64,000 nt of DNA, taken from Dehalococcoidia bacterium. Lineage in GTDB: Bacteria > Chloroflexota > Dehalococcoidia > Lucifugimonadales > JAGWBF01. The stretch is taken from contig OZ253489.1 in NCBI GenBank assembly GCA_965261965.1, positions 3,365,131-3,429,130 on the forward strand, in the 5' to 3' direction. Below the pieces are notes generated by a model. It was given only the letters and a program-made list of their open reading frames with translations, made no database searches and was not told the DNA's origin. Numbering within the stretch: the stretch's first letter is position 1; each line of letters begins with the position of its first letter. A program made the translations under genes and the position numbers. Below, in pieces: positions 8,806-17,136 of this stretch.

Positions 8806-9717
8806 TCACGTCCTCCTCAGATTCTTCAGGATGGCCTGGCTGTGGTAGGTGAAGTCCCTTGCCGCCAGGGCGCTGAGGTTGTCGAGGTGCTCGGTATCGT
8901 CTAGGTCCCACGCCTCGATCTCCGGGTCCAGTCTCAGATACCTGTCCGCCAGGAGCAGCTGCGCCATATTCGCTGACGCCTGAGATTGCAGCCCGAGCAC
9001 GTAGGCAACCAGCTTGCGGTGTCCCCAGCCGGTCATGAGTCCCCAACGCTTGCGCTTGCGATAGAGGTTCACCGAGTGGCCGGTACCGATGGAGAGAATG
9101 TGCACCTGCTCAACGCGCTGCCCGAACTTGGAGGCGGCTTCGGTGAGGGCTATCATGGACGGATTGTTCGCCCACAGGCCGCCGTCGGCCAGGAGAAGGT
9201 CACCGACCGGCACGGGGTCGAAGTAGGTGGGGGCCGCACAGGACGCGACAATGGCGTCGCCCAGAATGATGTCCGCGTCCCTGACATAGGGCTCTCCGAG
9301 GTCCTTCAGGTAGCGGGACTTGAAGACATGCACGCCGCCGGTGGAGATATCGGAGCTCGTGATCATCAGCGGAGTGGTGATTTCCCCCAGCGTCACGCGC
9401 GAGACGCGGTTCCGGACCACTTGCTCGAGAGGGTGCAGCGCGTACTTGCTTCTGACGTGGAAGGAGCCCAACCGTCTCTTCCGGAAGATGCGCGCCGCCT
9501 CCGAGTGGAAGAGGTCGACGACCTGGGTCATGGGGATGCCCACCGCGGCCGCGCCTGCGATGATCGATCCGGTGCTGGTGCCTGCGATGAGGTCGAAGCT
9601 CTCCTTCACGGGAGCGCCGAGGGCCTGCTCGATGCTCGCAAGCAACTGAGCAGGATAGATGCCCCTCGCACCGCCGCCGTCGAGGGCCAGGATGTGGAAT
9701 GTGCCGTTCCGGTTCAT
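8806..9717 (-). CDS. capV: Patatin-like phospholipase, CBASS effector (CapV-like)
   Basis: LDGGGARG, GTSTG and DGG patatin motifs; first gene of the CD-NTase operon. Confidence 0.88.
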   Translation of the reverse strand: MNRNGTFHILALDGGGARGIYPAQLLASIEQALGAPVKESFDLIAGTSTGSIIAGAAAVGIPMTQVVDLFHSEAARIFRKRRLGSFHVRSKYALHPLEQVVRNRVSRVTLGEITTPLMITSSDISTGGVHVFKSRYLKDLGEPYVRDADIILGDAIVASCAAPTYFDPVPVGDLLLADGGLWANNPSMIALTEAASKFGQRVEQVHILSIGTGHSVNLYRKRKRWGLMTGWGHRKLVAYVLGLQSQASANMAQLLLADRYLRLDPEIEAWDLDDTEHLDNLSALAARDFTYHSQAILKNLRRT

Positions 9718-9752
9718 GGGCGTTCGTGCCTTCTCTATACAGGCCAGCAGAT

Positions 9753-9791
9753 AGATGCATTGTATCTCAACTCAACATCGGGCCGCAACAA
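9753..9791 (-). promoter_or_regulatory. Putative sigma70 promoter of capV (TTGCGG-18-TACAAT) overlapped by an imperfect palindrome AGATGCATTGTATCT
   Basis: Read directly from the 80-bp intergenic region; the palindrome matches its reverse complement at 12/15 positions. Confidence 0.45.
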
Positions 9792-9796
9792 GTTCT

Positions 9797-10444
9797 TCAC
9801 GGCACCAGTCGCATCTGGCCGTCGTACTCCTGGCGCGACGGGTGAATCTGCCCATCCTCGGCGACGTAGAGTCGATTCAGCTGCTCTAGCCTTATCCGTA
9901 GCGCGGTGATGGTCACCTGGAAGAGGTCACGCAGTCCGTAGAGGGCGGGCCAGCTCAGTAGGTCTACATCTGTGGTCACCTCTGAGAGCAGCTGTGAGGG
10001 CATCAGCAGGAACCCCATGAACTTGTGAGCCTCGGCCTCCCGTGGTTCCTGGCTCGTTCTGGAGTAGTGGAAGAGGCAGTTGAAGTGGTAGTCGAACTCG
10101 GGCAAGGGTTGTTGAGCCAGAAGCGCTTGGTCAACGTGTGCCACCCAGTGCCCTGCCTCGTGCGCCAAGACCGTGTAATAGAGGCCTGGCGTCCCGTCGA
10201 TGAGGCTTCGCCGGCTCTCATTGAAGAGCACTGTCTTGGAGCATGGATCGAGGGTGGCTAGGATGGATTGGTTTTGTCGCTCGGGGACGGTGTCCCATAC
10301 GATGTTGAGGTCGAGCACATCCTCCACGATGCGCTCTATCGGTACTGGAGGGCTGGCGATCAGTCCACGGAGGGATTCATAGCGGCCCAAGAGGCGGTAC
10401 GCCATCTCTTCGATCTGGAGGTCGGATAGGAACGGGGTCGTCAT
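9797..10444 (-). CDS. ImmA/IrrE-family metallopeptidase (CapP-like)
   Basis: PPVPIE N-terminus, TVLAHEAGHW (HExxH), EAEAHKFMGFLLMP, FQVTITALRIRL; overlaps the upstream XRE stop. Confidence 0.85.
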   Translation of the reverse strand: MTTPFLSDLQIEEMAYRLLGRYESLRGLIASPPVPIERIVEDVLDLNIVWDTVPERQNQSILATLDPCSKTVLFNESRRSLIDGTPGLYYTVLAHEAGHWVAHVDQALLAQQPLPEFDYHFNCLFHYSRTSQEPREAEAHKFMGFLLMPSQLLSEVTTDVDLLSWPALYGLRDLFQVTITALRIRLEQLNRLYVAEDGQIHPSRQEYDGQMRLVP

Positions 10445-10803
10445 CGCTGCCGGGAACGCCGTCCCTGCAAGAGTCTCTGCCAGTCTGCAGCCGAGCGGAC
10501 GTCGTCGCCGATTGACCTGAGCAACTGGACGGCACCCGGGTTCCTGGACAGCGTCGCCGCCAGGTCTGAAGGAATCTTGCCGGCCGAGGTAATCAACTCG
10601 TCGCCCAGCTCTGTCTCGTCCCGCTCAAGCACGACGGCCAACTCGCGGGCAATGTTCTTGATGACGGATTCACTGGGCGGATCGACGCGTCCATTCTCAA
10701 TCTTGCTGAGGTATGTGAAGTCCACTCCGATTCTTTCCGCCAGATCCCGCTGGCTCATCTGGGCTTCCTTCCGCAGTGATCGCAGACGCTCGCGGAACAG
10801 CAT
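10441..10803 (-). CDS. XRE-family HTH repressor (CapH/ImmR-like)
   Basis: FRERLRSLRKEAQMSQRDLAERIGVDFTYLSKIENG; GGAGAGG RBS before ATG 10803. Confidence 0.85.
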   Translation of the reverse strand: MLFRERLRSLRKEAQMSQRDLAERIGVDFTYLSKIENGRVDPPSESVIKNIARELAVVLERDETELGDELITSAGKIPSDLAATLSRNPGAVQLLRSIGDDVRSAADWQRLLQGRRSRQR

Positions 10804-10834
10804 TTCCGTCACCTCTCCTGAAACGTAGGCCATC

Positions 10835-10857
10835 GTTGAGTTGATTGTCAATGACAA
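10835..10857 (-). promoter_or_regulatory. Perfect 13-bp palindrome TTGTCA-A-TGACAA containing a consensus -35 (TTGACA) upstream of the XRE gene; candidate operator
   Basis: Palindrome at 10845-10857; the adjacent TCAACTCAAC motif is also present at 9767-9776. Confidence 0.55.
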
Positions 10858-11002
10858 ATACGTGACGTCCATTTTGAGAAATGTGGGCCTTTCCCTCACT
10901 ATGCCGCAGGAGCTTACGTATTGCGGCGTACCGGACAATGCGGCCGGGCGACGGCGGGACGGGTTTCGCCCTGCCGAGAGTGCTTGTGGGCTTGTACGTG
11001 TC

Positions 11003-11031
11003 TTGCGCCGGAACAACTAACTAACTATAAT
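11003..11031 (+). promoter_or_regulatory. sigma70-type promoter TTGCGC-17-TATAAT for the antitoxin-vapC pair
   Basis: Consensus -10 with exact 17-nt spacing, 44 nt upstream of ATG 11075. Confidence 0.65.
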
Positions 11032-11074
11032 AGGATGAACGATCAGATCGAGCGCGAAGCGATGGAGGCTCGGC

Positions 11075-11479
11075 ATGGCGATAGACCGGGACCAGAAGTA
11101 CCGGGAGATGGTGGTGCGGGGCAAGTATCAGGGGCTGTATGCGCATCTGTGCGGCCTTCGGGCTCAGGAGTGGAGGACCTCCTTCGGCGAGATCGAGTCG
11201 ATCATAGGCTTCGAGCTGCCCGCGTCGGCGCGTCTTCACCGGCCTTGGTGGGGAAACCAGAGCAGCGGCAACGGTCATAGCCAGTCTCTGGCCTGGAGTG
11301 TCGCCGGATGGGAGACGGCGGAAGTCGACATGGACGCTGAGACGCTGCTGCTCAGGCAGAAGCGCCCGGAGGCCGTTCTCGGGTTTAATCTCGACGAGGC
11401 GTGGCCCGTCCACCGTGCGGGGGCGTGGCCGGAGGGCCTCAGCCTCAGACGGGAGGACCTGTACGAGGAGCGGGTGTAG
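11075..11479 (+). CDS. Putative antitoxin: small DNA-binding-like domain (KY..LY..L...SFGEIE.IIG..LP.SA...WW.N) with a VapB-like tail
   Basis: Immediately upstream of a PIN toxin; C-terminal LSLRREDLYEER resembles VapB tails. Confidence 0.6.
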   Translation: MAIDRDQKYREMVVRGKYQGLYAHLCGLRAQEWRTSFGEIESIIGFELPASARLHRPWWGNQSSGNGHSQSLAWSVAGWETAEVDMDAETLLLRQKRPEAVLGFNLDEAWPVHRAGAWPEGLSLRREDLYEERV

Positions 11480-11487
11480 CCAGCCTG

Positions 11488-11910
11488 ATGTTCGTAGACA
11501 CCAACGTCCTCGTGAAGGCCCGCATCCTTGAAGCCCCCGACCACGACATCGCCAGGTCACGACTGAGGCGCGCCTTGCAGGACCGAGAACCGATGCGGAT
11601 CAGCCGTCAGGTCTTACGCGAGTACCTGGCGGTGGTCACCCGCCCGCAGACTTGGCCCATCGCCATCACACGGGAGGAAGCGCTCGCTGACATCGAGGCG
11701 TTGATGAGCGGCTTCGAGATACTTGAAGATGGCCCAGCGGTGACTGCGTCGTTGATGGCGCTGTGTCGCGCAGTCTCCGTAGGAGGACGGCAGATCCACG
11801 ACGCCAACATCGTCGCAACGATGCTGGCGCATGGAGAGCGCAGGCTGCTGACGTTCAACACCGCAGACTTTCGCCGTTACGGCGACCGCATCGAGTTGGT
11901 GGGCGGTTAG
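11488..11910 (+). CDS. vapC: PIN-domain VapC toxin
   Basis: FVDTNVLV, QVLREY, IHDANIVA and LTFNTADF acidic PIN motifs. Confidence 0.9.
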   Translation: MFVDTNVLVKARILEAPDHDIARSRLRRALQDREPMRISRQVLREYLAVVTRPQTWPIAITREEALADIEALMSGFEILEDGPAVTASLMALCRAVSVGGRQIHDANIVATMLAHGERRLLTFNTADFRRYGDRIELVGG

Positions 11911-11970
11911 CAGAATCGCAGCTCACCGACTTGAGCGGAACCCGAAGAAGCAAGAGCAAAGGAAGAGACC

Positions 11971-13743
11971 ATGAAGCAGCATCAACCCTTGACGCCGGCG
12001 GCGCTCTATGCGCGGGTGTCCAGCGACCGGCAGGACGTGGACCTCTCGGTCGCAGCCCAGCTGAGGGCGCTCCGGGACTACGCCAAAGCCAACGGCTACG
12101 TCGTGGCCCGCGAGTACGTCGACGAGGCCGAGAGCGGCCGTGTGGCGGATAGGCCCCAGTTCCGGGAGATGATCGAGGAGGGCGGCCAGCCGAAGGCGCC
12201 CTTCCAGGTCATCCTGGTCTGGAAGTTCTCCCGCTTCACCCGCAAGCGCGAACACGCAGTCGCCTTCAAGGCCATGCTCCGGCGCAAGGGCGTCCGGGTG
12301 GTGTCCATCACCGAGCACGCCGACGACTCGCCCACCGGCAAGCTCATGGAGGCCATCATCGAGAGCGTGGACGAGTTCTACAGCGAGAACTTGGCCCAGG
12401 AGGTTACGCGGGGGATGCGGGAGGCTGCGTCCCGCGGCTTCTTCCTCGGCCCGAAGGCCCCCTTCGGCTACAAGCGGGTCAAGGTCGCCGACGGGGCGAA
12501 GGAGCGTCCCACCCTGGAGGTTGACCCGGACACCGCCCCCATCGTGCGGGAGATGTTCGAGAGTTCCCTACGGGGCAACGGCCTGAAGGAGATATGCCAG
12601 GAGCTGAACGGCCGGGGCGTCACCAATAGGGGAAACCGCTGGTACAAGGGCGGCCTCCACTACCTGCTGACCAACGAGGCCTACACCGGCGCCGCCGTCT
12701 GGGGCCGGACCACCAAGGGAGAGCAGGCCGCCGACCCCGTGCGGGTGGAAGGGGCCTGGCCCGCGCTGGTGTCCAAGGAGATGTTCGAGGCCGTCCGTCG
12801 GGGCATGAAGGAGCGGGCGCCGGTGGTGCAGCGGCCGGGACGGGTGGGCAGCAAGTTCCTGCTGAGCGGGCTGCTGCGCTGCGGGGTGTGCGGCAAGCCC
12901 TACGCCGGCCAGGGAGCCAAGAGCGGTCAGTTCGCCTACTACATCTGCGGCACCCTGTACCGGGAGGGGGCCGGGGCCTGCACGGCCCGCTACCTGAACG
13001 CGCCAAGGGTGGAGGAGTTCATCGTCCGGAAGGTCAGGGACCGCATCCTGACCGACGAGACCGTCACCGAACTGGTGACCTTGGTGGCCGAGGAGATTGA
13101 CGCAATGGCCGGGGAGTTGGGTGGCAGGCTGAAGGCGATCGACGCAGAGCTTACCGATGTGGGGAGCAGGCTGGAGCGGCTGTACGAGGCCCTGGAGACG
13201 AAGCAGCTGACCATAGAGGCGTTGTCGCCCCGCATCCTGTCCCTGCGCTCCCGCCAGGACCAGCTGTCGGCGGCGCGGGAGGAGGCCGCGAATCAGTTGG
13301 AGCAGCGGCGGGTGGAGTTGCCCACGACGGCGGAGATCAGGGGGTACGTCGCCGACTTCCGCACGTTCCTGCAAGAGGGGACGTTCCCGGAGCGGAAGGC
13401 CCTCATCCGTAACTTCGTGAAGGGCATCGAGATCTCGGGAGACGAGGTCGTGCTCACGTACACCATCCCCATGCCGTCGGACGGGGTGACCAGTGAGGCG
13501 GCCTCGGTTCTCGATTTCGTCCAGTCCGGCCCACCATCGGGTAAAGTAGGTAGAACAGACCCGTTCAGGGCCACCTTTTCGGCTGACCTCCCAGGTATCA
13601 AGCTGTCGTCTGGCATGGGGACGGTGTATCTGAGAAGAGCGTCGCCGGGCACGACGATGATCTCCTTGACGAAGGACTTGATGAATGCCCTGCGCTCGGT
13701 CAACTCGCTCTCGTTGAGGAAGTCCTTCATGTCCTTGGCGTAG
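11971..13743 (+). CDS. Large serine recombinase LSR1 (reads through the att-like site into the antisense of LSR2)
   Basis: YARVSS catalytic Ser, WKFSRFTR, recombinase domain, CGVCG...YYIC...C zinc ribbon, coiled coil. Recombinase-like sequence ends near VLDFVQSGPP (~13535). Confidence 0.93.
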   Translation: MKQHQPLTPAALYARVSSDRQDVDLSVAAQLRALRDYAKANGYVVAREYVDEAESGRVADRPQFREMIEEGGQPKAPFQVILVWKFSRFTRKREHAVAFKAMLRRKGVRVVSITEHADDSPTGKLMEAIIESVDEFYSENLAQEVTRGMREAASRGFFLGPKAPFGYKRVKVADGAKERPTLEVDPDTAPIVREMFESSLRGNGLKEICQELNGRGVTNRGNRWYKGGLHYLLTNEAYTGAAVWGRTTKGEQAADPVRVEGAWPALVSKEMFEAVRRGMKERAPVVQRPGRVGSKFLLSGLLRCGVCGKPYAGQGAKSGQFAYYICGTLYREGAGACTARYLNAPRVEEFIVRKVRDRILTDETVTELVTLVAEEIDAMAGELGGRLKAIDAELTDVGSRLERLYEALETKQLTIEALSPRILSLRSRQDQLSAAREEAANQLEQRRVELPTTAEIRGYVADFRTFLQEGTFPERKALIRNFVKGIEISGDEVVLTYTIPMPSDGVTSEAASVLDFVQSGPPSGKVGRTDPFRATFSADLPGIKLSSGMGTVYLRRASPGTTMISLTKDLMNALRSVNSLSLRKSFMSLA

Positions 13744-15113
13744 GCGGCAATCGTGTTTACGTTGTCCAGTACCTTCCGGCGCTGGGCGAGGTCCGCCCTA
13801 GCCTGCTCAGCGAAGTACTCAAGCCGCTCTTGCCGATCCCGATGCTCTCTGATGCGGTCCGAGGCGTCGGCCATGGCGGTATCGGTCGTCTCGATGTGGC
13901 GCCAGATGCGCCCCAGTTTCTTCTTCACGTCCGCTAGCTCATCCTCGATGGCCCGAAGACTCTTGCGCTGCTCTCGGGTCACGTCGTCCATCTCCTCGGC
14001 CACCACCTTCACGAGTTCCTGGATGTTGCCCTTCGTGAGGACGTTGGAGCGGATCTTGGCGACGACCAGTTCCTCGAATCGGCGGGCGTTAAGCGTCGGA
14101 GTTTTGCAGGCGTCCTTGCCGAAATTGATGTTCGACTGACAGACGTAGTAGGAATACTGGCCGCTCTTGGCGAACCGGCCGGTAAGCGGCATCTTGCACG
14201 CCTCACACTTGACTAGGCCGCTGAGCAGGTAGGAGCTTCCGACTCTGCGGGGGTGGCTGAACTTGGGTGCGCGGGAGCTCAGGCACTTGCCAACGAGTTG
14301 GAATTGGGCCTTGGTGACGATGGCGGGGAACGCCTTCTCCACCCGCACTGGGTCAGCGTTGTCCTTGGCGTTGGCGCCCCAGAGCAATGTGCCCGTGTAC
14401 GCCTCGTTGGTAAGGATGTTATGGACGCTGGTCCTAGCCCAGAGCTTTCCCCTGGGACTGGCGATGCCCTCATTGTTGAGGGTGCGGATGATTTCGAGCG
14501 TCCCATTACCGGCTTCGGCCATGTCGAACATGCGCCTGACGATGGAGGACGCATCGGGATTGATCTCCAGGGTGGGTCTCTTCTTGGGACCGTCCTGCAC
14601 CATGACCCGGTTGTAGCCGAAGGGGGCGTGGCTGGAAACCCAGAAGCCTCTCGATGCGGATTCCCGCATCCCTCTCGTGACCTCCTGGGCGAGATTCTCG
14701 CTGTAGAACTCGTCCACGCTCTCGATGATGGCCTCCATGAGCTTGCCGGTGGGTGTGTCGTCGGCGTGCTCGGTGATGGAGACGACGCGAACGCCCTTGC
14801 GCCGGAGCATGGACTTGAAGGCGACGGCGTGCTCGCGCTTGCGGGTGAACCTGGAGAACTTCCAGACGAGGATTTCCTTGAAGGGGGCAGTCGTCCTAGA
14901 AGCCTCGTCGATCATCTTGCGGAACTGCGGCCTGTCGGCGATACGGCCGCTCTCGGCCTCGTCGATGAACTCACGGGCGACCAGGTAGCCGTTCTTCTCG
15001 GCGTAGTCCCTGAGCGCCCTGAGCTGGGCGGCAACGGACAGGTCCACGTCCTGCCTGTCGCTGGAGACCCTGGCGTAGAGGGCCGCTGGCGTGTAGTCGT
15101 ATCGTTCAATCAT
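13293..15113 (-). CDS. Large serine recombinase LSR2 (reads through the att-like site into the antisense of LSR1)
   Basis: MIERYDYTPAALYARVSS start coupled (ATGA) to the RHH stop; same domains as LSR1; near-identical to LSR3. Confidence 0.93.
   Translation of the reverse strand: MIERYDYTPAALYARVSSDRQDVDLSVAAQLRALRDYAEKNGYLVAREFIDEAESGRIADRPQFRKMIDEASRTTAPFKEILVWKFSRFTRKREHAVAFKSMLRRKGVRVVSITEHADDTPTGKLMEAIIESVDEFYSENLAQEVTRGMRESASRGFWVSSHAPFGYNRVMVQDGPKKRPTLEINPDASSIVRRMFDMAEAGNGTLEIIRTLNNEGIASPRGKLWARTSVHNILTNEAYTGTLLWGANAKDNADPVRVEKAFPAIVTKAQFQLVGKCLSSRAPKFSHPRRVGSSYLLSGLVKCEACKMPLTGRFAKSGQYSYYVCQSNINFGKDACKTPTLNARRFEELVVAKIRSNVLTKGNIQELVKVVAEEMDDVTREQRKSLRAIEDELADVKKKLGRIWRHIETTDTAMADASDRIREHRDRQERLEYFAEQARADLAQRRKVLDNVNTIAAYAKDMKDFLNESELTERRAFIKSFVKEIIVVPGDALLRYTVPMPDDSLIPGRSAEKVALNGSVLPTLPDGGPDWTKSRTEAASLVTPSDGMGMVYVSTTSSPEISMPFTKLRMRAFRSGNVPSCRNVRKSATYPLISAVVGNSTRRCSN
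13507..13556. other. 50-bp attP-like site shared by the 3' ends of LSR1 and LSR2
   Basis: GTTCT-N19-CC-N19-AGAAC with inner symmetry GGC|CC|ACC; each 24-bp arm is the 3' coding sequence of one recombinase. Confidence 0.7.
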
Positions 15114-15328
15114 CGGTTCCTCCTGCTTGTCTCTTCCTGTTCGGTCTGGCGTGAGCGCCGCATCTGCATCCGTTCCTGTCTGCGCCGCTCCCTCTCCTCC
15201 AGGTAGAGGCGGAACGCCTCGCGCAGAAGCTCGCTCACGGTACGGCCCTCCTCCTCGACCACCTGCCTCAGCTGCTCGTCCATCTCCGGTGGCAGGGAGA
15301 AGGTGATGACCCTTCTTTTCCTCGGCAT
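15110..15328 (-). CDS. Ribbon-helix-helix (CopG/MetJ-like) regulator
   Basis: VITFSLPPEMDEQLRQVVEEEGRTVSELLREAF pattern; translationally coupled to LSR2. Confidence 0.8.
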   Translation of the reverse strand: MPRKRRVITFSLPPEMDEQLRQVVEEEGRTVSELLREAFRLYLEERERRRQERMQMRRSRQTEQEETSRRNR

Positions 15329-15558
15329 GCCTTTTGCCTTTCATGGTCATACTTAGTCTTACCCTTATCATGGACGACCCGGCCTGCCGTTGTCAAGGTT
15401 CTTCTGGCGCAGGCTCCACCACACTTCCCCGCAGAAGACCTCGGCGGGCCTCCTTCCAGAAGTCCAAGTGTTACAACATCGTGGGGACGGTGCGAGGATC
15501 GGGCATAGCCCCCTGCAAGGGGACTCCGGGGGGATTGCCTGACGAGGCTAACCCTTGG

Positions 15559-15595
15559 AAAAAGTAGAGAGGCTGGCGGCCGCCAGCCTCTCTAC
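15559..15595 (-). terminator. Rho-independent terminator: perfect 32-bp palindrome followed by T5 on the minus strand
   Basis: GTAGAGAGGCTGGCGGCCGCCAGCCTCTCTAC (15564-15595) then TTTTT; downstream of the HEPN gene. Confidence 0.8.
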
Positions 15596-15642
15596 CCGCA
15601 TGAATTCCCATTCAGCCGTGAAGACTGCGACTACCCAAGACG

Positions 15643-16296
15643 TCACTTGTTGGCCTTAAGCCACCCTAGGTAGGCCTGATGGAGCTCTAGTAGAAACCGC
15701 CTCAAGTTCCCTAGCGCGTCCTCACAGAATGGTCGGGTCAATTCCAAGTTCGGTCTCCCGCCCTGGGTAGAGACGATCTGCTTCGCCTTAGCGAAATCAG
15801 TGACGTGTCCTTCGAGAGGAAGGTCCCCTCCTTCGTGCATAATCGTGTTCCTGATTTCTCGGTATTTGGTGATCTCTTGCCACTCTGCGGTTTCCGCAGG
15901 GAACGGTACGCCAAGCTTCTGGAGGTATGTTTTGGCACGGTCTGTGGGGGAAGAAGAACCAAGGTCCCTTACTGAGAAAGGGCTGCCACATTTCCGTTGC
16001 GCGCTCCGACAAATCCGCATCAACTGATTCTCGAACAAAGCAAAGGAAGCCGAAAAGAACGAATTCATTAAGATGCCCCTGAACTCTAAGCGTTCATGGT
16101 ATTCATCCGAGTGGAACTCGTAGAACTCGTCGCGCGCGTCTTCGTCATCTATTTGCTGAGCTTGTTGTTCTATAGTCTGTTCCCAATCTCGCAAAGTATC
16201 TTCCAAATGCGGTTCTACCAGGTCCAAGAACCGACTGTGGAGTTCCCATCTGTGAGAGATTAGAAACCGCTCTCCCTCGTCCCAACCTATGAGCAT
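15643..16296 (-). CDS. HEPN-superfamily protein (putative RNase)
   Basis: Helical protein with FALFENQLMRIC and REIRNTIMHEGG (R-x4-H). Confidence 0.65.
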   Translation of the reverse strand: MLIGWDEGERFLISHRWELHSRFLDLVEPHLEDTLRDWEQTIEQQAQQIDDEDARDEFYEFHSDEYHERLEFRGILMNSFFSASFALFENQLMRICRSAQRKCGSPFSVRDLGSSSPTDRAKTYLQKLGVPFPAETAEWQEITKYREIRNTIMHEGGDLPLEGHVTDFAKAKQIVSTQGGRPNLELTRPFCEDALGNLRRFLLELHQAYLGWLKANK

Positions 16297-16455
16297 GACA
16301 ACCGTACCTCCACATTAGGCTCTGGTGCCAGATTCCTTGGACCAGTGCCATCCTCGGTGCAACAATCCAGTCGCCCAAGCTCTTCCTTCTTTAAGAAAGA
16401 TCAATAGGGCACGGGTATCGAACAAGTTGACACAGGGCGTGGCTGCCCCATTGTG

Positions 16456-17136
16456 TCAAGTCAGAGGCCCAATCCCGTTCATATCAAAGAAGAGATGGGT
16501 GAGACGAATCGCCTGGAACGGTGAAGATCGCGGGTGATTCGATGCAAACACGGTGTCCAGCCATCCAATCGGATTAGCGAGTATCAACGCGTGTGCTGAT
16601 CCCATGCTTGGAGCCCTTGCGACCTGACGGTTCACGCGCCGGAGTACCGCGTTGGGAGCGCCACGGACGACGTAGCCTATTATTGCTCCGCTTTGGGCCT
16701 TGGCTCCGTAGTATCCCCGGACAAACCTGTCGATGCCACAGACGACGTAGAGACGGGCCAGGTCATCTGGCGCAAGTCGCTTACATTCAATGCTAAGGTA
16801 GGCATCTTCCGTAAGTAGGTCCCATGAGACCACCATGTCGATGCGGGGTGCATGGGCGGGGTCTTCATGGCCTTCTAACATTTCATCCGAAGGTTCCACA
16901 TGCTGGTACCGAGGTACGAGGGCCATGTTTCGCTCACGCTGGATTTCCTTCATGCATGCTACCAAGCGAACGGTGTAGTGGTCCTCGTGATCGCCGACCC
17001 GCCTGAATCCGCCCACGCTCCATTGCTCAAAGCCGTCCACAACAAGCTGAAGGACTGCCTTTTCAATCTCGGGGGATATTTCGCGGGCAAGAGAAGCCGG
17101 CGAACCAAAAGCGGAATCCTGCAAGTCCGGAGTCAT
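16456..17136 (-). CDS. Putative PD-(D/E)xK endonuclease coupled to the methyltransferase
   Basis: PRIDMVV...LSIECKRL motif; GIDRFV.G.Y; overlaps the MTase stop by 4 nt. Confidence 0.65.
   Translation of the reverse strand: MTPDLQDSAFGSPASLAREISPEIEKAVLQLVVDGFEQWSVGGFRRVGDHEDHYTVRLVACMKEIQRERNMALVPRYQHVEPSDEMLEGHEDPAHAPRIDMVVSWDLLTEDAYLSIECKRLAPDDLARLYVVCGIDRFVRGYYGAKAQSGAIIGYVVRGAPNAVLRRVNRQVARAPSMGSAHALILANPIGWLDTVFASNHPRSSPFQAIRLTHLFFDMNGIGPLT

Noticed and set aside
7464-8852. 462-aa ORF on + strand
   Set aside because: Antisense shadow of the CD-NTase; no motifs.
13528-13536. GGCCCACCA resembling a tRNA 3' acceptor end
   Set aside because: No T-arm, anticodon arm or D-arm upstream; the flanks are recombinase coding sequence. 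Treated as the att core, not a tRNA.
13293-15371. 692-aa ORF as a single long-N-terminus recombinase
   Set aside because: The 5' 86 codons are an alternate frame of the RHH gene; the ATGA-coupled start at 15113 fits the paralogs.
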